From: Eledone cirrhosa
Taxonomy: Eukaryota
Length of the DNA stretch: 64,000 nt
Assembly (NCBI GenBank): GCA_964016885.1
Contig: OZ024746.1
Location: forward strand, 83,638,001 to 83,702,000
Direction: 5' to 3'
Program-made: the position numbers and the translations under genes
The notes under the pieces: generated by a model
What the model saw: the letters and a program-made list of their open reading frames with translations, nothing else
The model's database searches: none
Told to the model about the DNA's origin: nothing
Part shown: piece by piece, positions 51,416 to 64,000 of the stretch
Position numbering within the stretch: position 1 is the first letter of the stretch
How the letters are laid out: each line of letters begins with the position of its first letter

Positions 51416-53494
51416 TGATTGCTTGGGTTCTCTCTCTTGTTTGTTTACTTACCACTTCTCTTCCTACCTCTCTTTTTCTTTCTGTGTGAAAATTATATTC
51501 ACCTTGTTAAATATGCTACATTTGCATGTGTGTGTGTTGAGATAGCATATATGTTTGTGTATATATCAATATAAACAAAGTGGAATATCATTTTGATTAT
51601 TGAGGTGCTGCTACAGAAACCCTTTAGCCATCTATTGTTGTGTTATTCACCCATACCCACACAGCTCATTTGCTAAAATAATATTAATCTCCATAGATAA
51701 AACCAAACAAGTATTTACTTTGGACATTAGCTCTGTAATTTCCAGTTGCATCATTCTGGCACCATTCAGAAGGCCTAGCATGTTTAAAGTTAATGTGTAA
51801 TAATAAAACAGTCAGTTTTTATTACTCCTTAATAGTTTGTGATTCTTCTAAACTACTCATGTTGTCTTCCATGATTTCTTTTGTGTAAAATTCTGCTATA
51901 ACTTGAGAGATCTGCAACGATCCTTATAGTCTGTATCTTATTTAAGATACTGTAAATGGTTTAAATACAAGTAAGAGTAATATGTAGGTATGATATTTAT
52001 GTGTTTGGTATGCAATTGGTATTACACACAAGCTAAACTAAATTCCAAATTGTCTATTGAAATTGCAAACACCATATCATTTCATCACCATCATCACCAC
52101 CATTACCACCACCACTGTTTAACATCTATTTTTCATGGCACTAGGGTGACCACCTTACATGGCACCAGCACTACCACTACACCTGACAGGGCGGACTAGG
52201 TTCTTCTTGTCATGGCACCAACACAACCACCTTACAGGGTGCATTGAGTGTTTTTGTATTGGGGAAAACAGAATACTTTTTTTTAAATGGAGAAACTGGA
52301 TATTTTTTCTTATTGGGAAACTTTTCAACGAAACAGAATTACTGTTTCTATACACACGTGTTTGGTGCAGTGTGTATTGTCCTTTATACAAGTTCAGTTC
52401 ATTTCTTTGGAGCATGAATTGTTCTTTAAACTGGCACACAACATATATTTTGGAGGGGGGGGGGGGGTTAGTGCTTTGGTATGTAGTAACTGAGTTAGTT
52501 ATGGTATTGGTGAACTATCAATGCAAGAATAGGTCTGTTTGCATGAAAAGAACATACTTATCATGCTCATTATCCTAACAGTAAGTCTCTGCATAGAAAT
52601 ATAAAACTTTAGTGGTAATAAAATTTAGAAATCTTTTTTGACTCTACATCTAGTAGCCTATAAGACCAACCTTTATTTAATGGAGGTACAAGTGTGCTGT
52701 CTTAACTTAGCTAGTCATGTAAAAGTTATATTTATTTGCTTATTGGCACAACATATAAATGTTGGCACTCAATTTACAACTCTTCAACGATAAATTTAGA
52801 CAACACATACACACATAGATGCTTTTCAAGGATATATTTATACACTTGCTTCCGGCTTCAAGGAAAATATTCCATTCTTTATGATGTTACACATTTTCCT
52901 GTAATTCAGAGCTTTTACGAGAACATGGAGTTGATAAAAAATAAAAAAAATTGGAAAGAAACTTAGAATAAATTTTTGTAATATGGAATATTTTCAATCC
53001 ACCAATGATAAGTAAGTTACTCTTGGTACTTTCTAAAGTGAGAGCTGTTAATGCTGAAAGCTTCTTACACATTTATTATACAGTTCCTGACAGAAATAGA
53101 TCCAACTGCTACAGTACCTGCACTACTACATCTTGATTCATTTTATTGCAGTTGGTGATGAATGAAGGAGTCTTTTACAAATCTACTTCCTGGTGAATTG
53201 ACTTAGGTTTCAAATTTAGGGCATTGGACAAAATGTATTGCAATATTTGTATACACTCCATGTTCAAATCGCACCAAAGTTAGCTTTGCCTTTCCTCCTT
53301 ATGGGCTCTAGAAAATAAAGTACCAGTAATGCACTGGGGTCAATTTAATCGACTTTCCGCTCTCCCCAGGTGGTTAGAATGTCTTAGGAAAGAATCACTG
53401 GACAGATTTTATGGGCAAAACCAAGCAGCAGGCGACCCACGGGTAGAGCCTGAGCAAGATAGTTGGATAACATTTATGAGCTTGACTCACAACA

Positions 53495-53785
53495 CCTACA
53501 CAACCACTTTATAGTGTGGGCTGGGTGTATTTTGTAAGGATACCCACATGACCACTTTACAGTGTGGACTGGATGCTTATCGCCATGTTACCAACATGAC
53601 CACTTTACAGTGTGGGCTGTGTGCTTTTCGTTGTGACACCCACATGACCACTTTACTGTGTGAACTGGGTGCTTCTTGCCATGTCACCAACAGAGCCACT
53701 TTATTGTGTAAACTGGACACTTTCTATTGAGTCATCAACACGACCACTTTACAGTGTCGACTGGGAGTTTTTTGTTGTGGCATCA
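53495..53785 (+). repeat. ~42-bp tandem array derived from a SINE internal module
   Basis: ATGACCACTTTACAGTGTGGGCTGGGTG-like unit repeated about 6 times. A reverse-orientation array lies at ~56220-56425. Confidence 0.75.
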
Positions 53786-56700
53786 ACTTGTTTGTATTTA
53801 TTCCTTGGATTACACTGTCTAAGCAAAACTTTTTCAGTCAGGTTCAGACTCTCATCCAGGTAAAGATTGTCTCATTGGCAAGTTATGATGAAAGTTAAAC
53901 AAATATTTATGTCATCTCTAGTCATTTGCACTACAAAGCAGTGACTTAACGAAATGGTGCAATCTCCTCAAAATATCACCCCATCATTTTTCACTGACTT
54001 TCTTGTAAAAAAAGGGCAAAATTCTTTGTAAAGATTCATTTAGAGGGTTCTAATTGACTGTTTCCAGTAGAATGATATCATGCTGTTTTGTTTGACTAAT
54101 ATTACTTTCTGAAAATATATAAATGCCTTGAGACAATAATTTAGATCCTTGGTCTGTGTAGATTAAAACTGGAACACGAAACATGAATAACATATTTCAA
54201 AGACATTAAGTTACTATAGAAGCTGTTCATATCTGAACACGCGAGTACAAAAGGAAATATTGAACATTGAATATATATAAAACAACTACAGACAAGTATT
54301 GATAAGAGATATATGATGGTAGGGGGCACTTTGATGTCAAAATTGTGACATGGTTGTGTGTACTTTATAAGTTTGGAATGAGAAGTAAGGTAGGATTGCG
54401 ATATTAATTCCAAGCATGATTTCATCTCAAATGTTTTCAAAATTTTCTAAAGAAATTGTCGAGTTATTGGATTTGATATAACACCATAACACAATAACTT
54501 ATTACAACTCTGTAATTCCTGGAGATGTTATAGAAACATATCTGATAAGAACATAATTATTTGTATTATCTTTGCCAAGTATGTGTTGATTGTTCTAATT
54601 ATGGAACAATAATTCTATGCATCAATGAAGAATCTTATCTTCTACTTTTGAAATTAGTATGAATCAGATTACTTGTTGATCAATATGCAATGTAAATGTA
54701 ACATGGATCTGTAAATCCTGGTGGAGTTGTAGGAGCACCATTGTGATATTAGGCATTTTAAACCTGGTAGAGCACATCCCTCACCAGGTCTGAATATAGC
54801 TGATTTCTTCCAGAGAGAGGAAGAAAGAGTGATTGAGAGGAAGTGTGAAAGCAATATAGAGGAAGAATTGACCCCAGTACTGGAATGATATGTTTTTTAT
54901 GAACTTCAAGTTGACCTTGGTGAGATGTGAACTAATACTGCAAAGCATTCTATCCAACATTCTAATGACTTTGCCAATAAACCACCTATAATGTAAAAAA
55001 CCTCAAAGTAAAAAGGTTTTCTACCTTTTAACACTTTCCACGTTAGCCATAACCTTCTTTTCAATTGATAGTAGGTTTTCTTTAGGGCAACAAACAACTC
55101 TGGAGAAAAAGTGACAGGTTTATTGTACAGTGAAAAGATACTGGAAACTGTGGTGGAACTTCAGGTAAGATAGGTGAGAAAGAGTCATTAACTATTTAAG
55201 ATTTAAGCAGATCAATATCATCTAGGTGTCATTTTTGCAATTGGAAATTAGGATTTAGTAGGAGTTGTATTAGTTTTGCAAAAAGAAACATCAGTTAAGT
55301 ATAGTAACTAAATGAACCTAGTAGTCATTTAGTTGTTCAGAGCATTGCTAGACATCAGGTAATGAACAAGAGGTTTCAATGTTTCCAGGTCAGGTTTCAG
55401 TGAATTACTTTCCATTCTAGGTAACAAATGGATGTTTGGCAGAGAAGGAATTTATCATTGTTTAAAGTGATGTTGAGTCTTTTAGTGTATCTAATAAATT
55501 TGGCCAAGTATCTTGTGTTTCTGTATAGTTTTATCAATAATAATAACATCTTTGAGATAGATGTAGATTTCTTTGATGTTATTGCTATTATAGATGTAAT
55601 CCATCAGCCTTTGGAAAGTGCTTATGATATCAGTCACTCCAAAGGGTTACTTCATAAATTAAAATCAATGTTCATCAATTGGAAACACAGTGCATTTCTT
55701 ATCTTTGATGTAGACTAGAATCTGATTGCACACAACTTTCAAGCCCAATCTGCTGTAGAATTTATTGGAGGAAATTTTATGTGCAAGATCTTCGATATTA
55801 CCTTTTATCATAGGTTTTTTCCCGATCAGGGCTGGCTGAATCTATACATCAGCAACACATCAGGACACTAGACACCTAACCAACACTACTTCCACCTCAT
55901 AATATATGGAAACTTTGGTATTATTAAAAGTAGCTGATGGTGTCATCCTCATCATCATCATCACCACCAATGTTCCCATTCCACACTGGTATGGATTGGA
56001 CAAGTTGTTACAATCTGAGACCAAATGGGTTAGAGTCACTAATCTTGCTCATTACATTCAATATTTGACATGGATGTCATCCTAACACCAACCACTTTGC
56101 AAGGTGTGCTCAGTGTTTTTTCATGGCACCAACACTGATGTATTTTGTGACACCAGTACTAACACTGGAGAGTCTTTTCCAGGCCTATATTGTCTCCATT
56201 TGATTTTGGTTGTATGAAGAAAGGCCCCAGCATATACTGTAAAGTGGTCATGTAGGTGACACGACAAAAAACACCCAGGCCACACTGTAAGATGGTCGTG
56301 GTGGTGACATGACAAAAAGTGCCCAACCCACTCTGTAAAGTGGTCATGTAGGTAACAAAGCAAAAAGCGCCCAGCCCACATTGTAAAGTGGTTGTGTAGG
56401 TATCATGACAAAAAGCATCCAGCTCTGGTGATGGTGGTGGCAGCGGTTGTTGTTGTTTAACAGCAGTAAAGTGAGAATGGAGAAAATAGTCTCCCCTATC
56501 TTACTATAGAAAATGTGGTGGTAGTGACAAGCCATACACGTATATCAATAATGAAAAAGTTTATTTCCTATCAAATGTAATTCCCATAAATACTGTACAT
56601 TTCAACAGTTGTGTTTTAGCTCTTTATTCCTCTTTCTTGCTCATCTTCTCTTTCTCACTTCTATATATATATTAAATCATCTTAAATAATAAGATTAGTG

Positions 56701-56899
56701 TGAATTGTGAATGAAGGTATAGCTTATAGATATAAATACACAACTTGGCAGAAAGTAGTTAGAGCCTATTCGTAGATGAAGCCAAAATTTTTCTTCTTTT
56801 TTTTTTTTAAATATTAACCTCTCTACAGGAACATGACCTAACATTTGGAAATGCTCTAGTGTTTCCCCATTCCTAACTGTGGCAACCTTTCTGACCCTA

Positions 56900-57720
56900 C
56901 CAACTACCATCGTATTGTGCTCACTTTCTATATCTCAAAATTGTTGGAGACAGCCACTAACGCCCCCCCCCTCTCTCCTTAATGACCATCAGTATGGCTT
57001 TCATAAAGCCAGATCTCCTGGAGCCCTATTCTTCTGACTCATATACTCTCACCTTTGAGAAATCGGCTATCCTCAACTTTAGCAAAGCTTTCAGTTGTCA
57101 AACGTTTCTGTTTATATAGGCTTCATCTGTTTCCATATCTTTTATTAGTAGCTTCCTGTCAGATCTCAGTGCCTGTTTTAATAACTTTCTCTCTCTCACA
57201 TTCTAACAAATCTGGTGTTTCTTAGATTTTAGTTTTGTTCCCTTCACACTACCTCCCATACATCAGTGATGTACTTTCTGTCATCTCCAACAATGTCCAC
57301 ACCTCCTCATATGATGCTAACCATCATTTATCCATAATCTTCCACAACAAAGTATCACTCATATGCAATCTAGACATATCATGCCAAATCTGAACAGAGA
57401 CCTCAAAAATATCCTCAAAGTACTGCACATCTAAAGAAAACCTTTTTGCACCTCGCCCTCACTTAACCCCGAACAACACAGCATTGCACAACTAAATCTC
57501 TTCAAATACTAAGTTCAACTATCAGTGGGGATTTATTTTGGTAGATGTATATTCTCAACATAGCAACAATTGGCTTTTCTTTTCAAAGTGAGAAAATACC
57601 TTAGGAACAACCCACTGTGAAATAGTGCTCTTAACATTTGAGATGATGCTGTTGTTACACACACACATTCAGAGACAACCTAGATTGCATCCAAAGAAAT
57701 GCTACTTGACTGATTAGTAT
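56900..57720 (+). mobile_element. Highly decayed CR1/L2/Jockey-group RT remnant
   Basis: LNDHQYGFHKARS, LNFSKAF and SGVS*..VL.P..YISD correspond to QYGF, DFSKAFD and SGVPQGSVLGP..YIND. Confidence 0.6.
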
Positions 57721-60149
57721 ACAGATACAGAAGAATTCTGAGAATAAAAGATACTCAATGAGAAATCTTGGAATGATATAATGTAAATATAAAAAAAAAG
57801 GATAGGTGAGCGGGAAGAATTATACTAAACTCTTCGCTAATAATTATGTATTAGATTAAATGTGTTCAGTGTTGTCAGCTGCTATTGTCTTAAGAAAGTT
57901 AAGCATTGGCAGTAGAAATATATGTACTAGTAGTAATTGTATTAATGGTTAAATGTGTCATGTCAAATTAGTGATAACCTGGTTATACTAAAACTTTCTA
58001 GTAAGATACAAATAATCTCACTACTGCAGGAACTCAAATAGTTTAGAAAATGTTAACACCTTTTTAGTTGTAGTGCTGGAGTCACAATAAAATACACTTC
58101 AGTACATGCTGAAAAGAAGTTAGCATTAGAAACCGAGCTAAGGTGGTGGTGGTGGTGTCAATGTTGGTGGGGGGAAGTGATATTGGTGGTTGTTGTTGTT
58201 CTTGTCTAGGGACAGGCAAGGGCCAATACAGCTTGGTACTATTGGTGTTGTAGATGAACCCATAACACAAAGAGTTAAGAGATACTGCAAGGCATCATGC
58301 CTGATGCTCTAACAATTCTGCCAATCCAACACCTTGAATTGGTACTTTATATTTTGTCCCTTAAATGATGAAAGTCAAAGTTGACTTCAGCAGGATTTGA
58401 ACTCACAACACAGTGAGCCAGAATAAATACTGCGAGACATTTACTCCAATTCTCTAATAACTCCACCAATCTGTTGCCGCTATTTGTAGATGTTTACACT
58501 CTAAATCATATATCCATGAAATGAAATATATTTAAAGCAGATAAAACATGTCCATTAACATTTTGAAAATGTCCTTCATTGAGCTACAGTTTTCCTGGTT
58601 ATTGAAGTGTTTTGTTTATTTCATCATTGCCATTTTTATATCCATTCTTCCATGCTGGCATGGGTTTAGATGAGATGTTATGAGATAATGTTTTATAGTC
58701 AGAAGCCCTTTTTAATGCCAACCCTTTTAATTGCTTATTATGACATGTAGGGATATAAGGTACCTATTCTAAAATCTGGGATACATATTCTTATTATCAT
58801 CATCATCTAAGATCCAATTTCCCTGTTATCAAGGGCTAGATGGGTCTACATAGATCAAATCATTACTGAAGCAGGGCTACTGACCTCCGAAGCTGGTTGG
58901 AGCGTTTGCATCTCACTTATGTATGGTCTCATATTCTACTGAGTGCACCAACATAAGAAAGATTGTCATGTCATTGACACAACTGAAGGATGGGTGGGGG
59001 AATGACATTTACTAATTCTAAGAAGGGGAGATCTAGTAATGGAGGAGTTGTGAGTGTTCATTAACTGAAAAGGTTTATTTCCATGTTTCATAAGAAGTTT
59101 TGCAATTACTTTGATTCTATAAAATGCAAGTTGGAGATAAGATCCTTGGCAACAAAATATAACACAATGATTTATATATACACTCATACACCTTAGACGG
59201 ACATCAGCAGAAAATGTGTAGATAGGCTAAATTATGAGTGTAAAAAGGTGTAGCAAGTAGATTTAGGACTATACTGGGGTTAAGAGATATATATTACTCT
59301 TTAAGATGGTGGAATGTCAGTGTCTTCAATGTATTAGGGGTTTGTGTGTGTCATTTCTACATTGTATTTATGAAGAGGATGCATACTTTTCTCACTTGTG
59401 TGAACAGTTTATTTGAGGACCTTGCAAAAGTAAGTGCAGATTAAATCAATACAGTTAATGAGATTCAATATGTTAGAGAATTAGCATATATTTAGTGGGA
59501 ATACATGGAAGAGAACATGAGGTGCTAAATTAAAGAGGACCTCAAATTGATATTTTGAAGAAATTGCTAGGAAAAGAAGTACAGTATAAAGAATGATGGT
59601 AGGGGAGACTGGTAATTTCAGAAGAATTCAGTTTATTCTGATAGAAGAATTATAGGCAGTAAAACTCATAAACTGCAACATTATTCTCCGGAATATTTTT
59701 ACCTATTGTATTTGAGAGCCTGTTGACATTTTAATAATATCAACATTATACACCAGTTTATAGTTTGTGGTTTTTAATTTAATCCTTTTGATACCAAATT
59801 GCCTGAAACCAACCCTGGTTCTATGATACATAGCTATTTATTTTAAAGTGTTTACATTTATCTAAAAACTATCCATTCATAATTTTATGTGTGAACATTT
59901 GTTTTTTGCTATGTTACTGACACTAGCTTAATAACAAAAAAGTTAGTTATATGATTAAATTTTCATTATTTTCAAAATCATTTGAAAATCATAGGTGCTG
60001 TCTTTCATTAGAAATATTGTAATAAAAAGGGTTAAGTTTGATTTCCTTAGATCTTTCTTCTGAAAACTGTTGTTGCACTGTCATTTGTCTGTTTCGGCTT
60101 GATGCACCCCATCTCCACGAAATACTATCCATTACATTATTATAAGGGC

Positions 60150-60360
60150 AGTGAATTAGCAGAATCAGTAGGGCGTCAGACACCATGCTTTACAGTAAAC
60201 AGCCCTTTACATTCTGAGTTCAAATCCCGCCGAGGTTAGCTTTGCCTTTCATCCTTACAGGGTCGATAAAATATAGCACCAGTAATGCACTGGGGTTAAT
60301 TTAATTGAATTTCCCCTCCCCCTAAAATTGTTGGCCTTGTGCCTAAATCAGAAACCATTA
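60150..60360 (+). mobile_element. tRNA-derived SINE (longer variant)
   Basis: GAGTTCAAATCCCGCCGAGGTTAGCTTTGCCTTTCATCCTTACAGGGTCGATAAA..GGCCTTGTGCC. Confidence 0.8.
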
Positions 60361-61072
60361 TATCAGTCTCTCTGAAGTTGACATCACTTCCTAGAACAAA
60401 ACATTGCACATCATATTTCTTATGAAATGATACATGATGCTGCCTGTTGATTCTCCACCCAGGCTTTCAATCGGTCACCTCTGTACTGTTTATTTGCTCA
60501 AACAGATCTAATGACAGTTGTTAATGAAAATAACAATAGTAACAGCTGTTTAACATTTTCGTTTTATCACTTCTACTGAATCTTCATGACTCTCCAGACA
60601 TTAAATGTTATTTTCACTATCTGCTCTCTCTTCCCACAACTATTGTTTTCAATGTCCTGTCTGGAATCTCGTGGCATTTGTCTCGCAATCTATTGTTTTA
60701 TTTTTAAGACAGTTATTAATGTCCTCAATACAGGAAATAACAATTTGGTGTACAAATGTTTACACCTGCAGTAATTGTAGAAATATTTGACAGTGTATAT
60801 TCTGGTGTTTGCTAATGTCCTGTTTGATGGTGTTTCTGTCATCACTTTTTGTTTCTTTTTTAAAGATAGCATGGCATTTATAAGATTGCATATATGTATA
60901 TGTTTATATATATGTCAGTGTATGTATATCTATATCTACTTATATAATCATAAGCAATGGATCTCTGCATTGATAGCTAAAGAATATATAGTTCTTGTCT
61001 GATTAACCTATGATAAACAGGCATGACTCCAGAGTAACAAGACTCACTATTTAACCTTAATACAATGAGTAA

Positions 61073-61104
<32 letters not shown>

Positions 61105-64000
61105 AACCCATCATTTGCCTTAACCCTTTAATGTTCACACCGGCCAGAATTCTCTACCCTTTTCTGTTGAAACTGGCTGTAACTGGTCGCTCAAACTGAT
61201 GTTAAGGTATTGTTCTTAAAATAAATACTTTCAAAATCTCATAGATTCGATATTATGTGAGATATTATGCGAGGTAAAGCCTTTACCATAATAATGATGA
61301 TAAAACAAAATAATAATAAACATGCCTAAGCTATTGAACTGGAAACTATATGGTTATACCTGGCTATCATTGTATTATCTGTAAATAAGGTATGTTATTT
61401 GCCTGGCTTCAACTGAAATATACTTGCTTCAATTGATTCATATCCAAATATATCTTAACCTGCATTTAATAGTTAACACAATGCTGGGATTGCAGTAAAT
61501 AACACCATCTGCTACAATTCCCATGTAAATATCGAAATAATCTTTAAAATAGGATGCAGAAGATAATACCTCAATGTGGTGGATATATGAAAGTTAGGTA
61601 GAAATGTCGATTCAATTAATCTCTTCTAAATCAGATAAATTGTCAATGTTGCCAGAGAGATTGAAGTTACATATTAAGATATTTTTTGATTTTGGAGTTA
61701 ATATTTTTTTTTTTCAGATATCTTTTAAAAATATTAATGCTTCTTATTTTCTCTTTTACAGAATCGCAGTGCACAAAACTCAGGTTCCTCTAAAAAAGAT
61801 AAACAAGAATTAAAAAAAATAAAAAAGTATAATGGAACTTGTAAGGTAAGACCTTTTCAGCTATTATCTAATGTTGAAACTATAAATCTTATTGAAGTCA
61901 GAACAGCTCTGAGTTTGAGGTCGATGACCAGGAGTTCAAACATTACTACAGCTATGGGAAGATTTTTCCCTTAGTTGGACCAGTTTCTACAAGAGGAAAG
62001 CTCAGCTGGAACATCGGTTCACCCCTACCCCTATCCCACTCTATAAAGAAAAACCTCTTAGCCCCCTTCAGAACCAGTCTTAACAAAATTTCTTTCAGAG
62101 ATCTTGAACAAAAGAGTAACAAGTCCTACTGCTTCATGGTTTAGTAGTTAGCATTTAGTTATGAAAAAAAAAAAATAACACTAAATGATAAAGTTTCAGA
62201 AATGTATTCCATCTATTATCTGGTAGCATCACAATATGGGTATAAAATAATTAAAGACAAAACTTATGATTACTTTATTTGTTTACTTTTAAGATTTTCC
62301 AAATCTCATCTTGAAATAACCAATTCTTTAGAAAAATGAATATGATATATCTGCCCCACCAAAAAAATGTAAATTATGATCTTAATTAAATCATTAGGGT
62401 GCTAGCTCAATGCTTTTCTTACACCAAAACAAGTGAAATGATCGAGTAGTTAAATCACTGATGATCCATTTCTGTGATTTGAATTTAAATCTGTTGTATG
62501 TGTTGGTATTGAATAAGTAGTAAATCTAATAATATACTACCCTCTTTAACACAACTATGTCTTTGAGTGTTTCTAGGGGATTTCGCTGTTGTAAGCATTT
62601 GGCCGTTTCTTTCTCTGTCCATGAGTTTTTCCTGAAGATGTTGACTCACAGGTGTTTTGGCTAGGTATTAGCTACAATTAATCTAATTTTATGTTCATTC
62701 AGTGTCTTATTTTTTTTTTTTATCACTTAGTCAGTTGGAAGGAACAGAACCCATGATACTTTTTAGGGCCTTCAATTTTCGTGGAATAGAGGGATGATGG
62801 TATCCTCAAACTAGAGGCTTGTCTTGAATGCTTGCAACAGAGTGGGCTCTACTAAAGGCAGCCAAAGGTCTGGTGATGTTCTTAAAACAGATTATGATGG
62901 GATTAAGTCTACCATCCAAGTAGGTGACAGCAGGATTTTAACTCAGAACTCAAAGACCTAGAAAAAAATAGGACCTGGCATCCCATCCAACACTGTCATG
63001 ATACCACCTGTTCATTGTCATAAACTTGTATTTTACTTATCAACCTTGGGAGGATGAAAGACAAAAGTTAATTTCTGTGGTATATGAACTCAGAATGTCA
63101 GTTGACAATAAACACTGCAAGGTATTTCATCTGACATTCTAATACTTCTGCCAATTTACCACCTTATAAAAAGTTTAAGGAAACAAAACTGATGAGGTAG
63201 TATTTTAACTCTTTTGATGCCAACATGCCCTAAACAAGCTCGGCTTCTATGAAACAAAATCACCCATTTTAAAGTGTTCCTATTTAAATTAAAATCTTCC
63301 AACATAGTTTTATATAAGAACCACTTGTTAAATTATGTTACAAATTATATCTTAATAATGAAATAATTAATAATTTTAGTAAATTCCTCAAAATTCTTCA
63401 TTAATTAATTGAAACAGAGTGTAAATAATTTGAAATGCAGTCATGATTATCCTGATACCATGCAGGAGATATTGAAAAAAATTGTTTTGAAATATACTTA
63501 ATTCTTGTGTAGCAACAAAATATTTCATTAAAACAGTCCCCAATTCTTCTATTATTCTCAAGAACCCTTTTCTTTTACATGTTTTCTTTATTTATATCAA
63601 CTTGCAGAAATTAAATTTTAAACAATCGTGACGTAATGAAATAGGAAATGTGGCACAGGATTGGCTTGATGAAGAAAGATATTGAACTGAACTGTTTTAT
63701 AATTAGAAAAAGTAAAAAAGTCTCAACAAATCAATGTATGATGGCAGTTTTGTAATTATTAGCTTCACTGTCAGTCAAATTTACTCTTGTCATATTTATT
63801 TCATTCTGAGAGCAAACATTTTCATTTATCTAAACTATAATAAAGAAAGGAGTGTGGGACTGCGTCCAGAATATATTTTTTTACCCCGTTTGTAAAATAA
63901 GTTTGATTACTTTGAATAAATAATGAATGAATATTACATAATTTATGTGCTAAATTTCGTGGCTGTTGATTAAATATATTTTATAGCTTATTTAAAGATC

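Noticed and set aside
55140-55720. 96-aa ORF with SAYDISHSKGLLHKLKS
   Set aside because: Probably a decayed LINE RT scrap (KAFD.V.H..LL.KL-like). Too degenerate to delimit and not a host gene.
63850-63870. Short U1 snRNA-like (GGGACTGCGT) and U2-like (54545, TGTTCTTATCAG) matches
   Set aside because: Only 10-12 nt with no flanking similarity, as expected by chance.

Overview
AT-rich, repeat-dense eukaryotic non-coding DNA. The SINE, RTE and microsatellite repertoire suggests an octopod cephalopod (inference). No intact host gene is visible, and almost all ORF-track entries are microsatellite or antisense artefacts. Real content: (1) a 5'-truncated Penelope-like retroelement of Naiad type (RT + GIY-YIG, 36789-38609) with a hammerhead-like motif in its 3' region; (2) at least six short (TA)n-embedded elements, four with an 'inverted arm + ~80-nt 3' tail' architecture and two carrying well-formed type I hammerhead ribozymes, one with a U3-A8 core variant; (3) a GC-rich 3' fragment of a CRE-like RLE non-LTR element; (4) a decayed Helitron PIF1 helicase; (5) RTE and CR1/L2-like LINE remnants, tRNA-derived SINEs with TSDs, and TTAA-flanked piggyBac-type MITEs; (6) several minisatellites, one telomere-like; (7) three phase-compatible decayed exons of an unidentified gene. 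All alignments and folds were done by eye, so coordinates of degenerate repeats are approximate.
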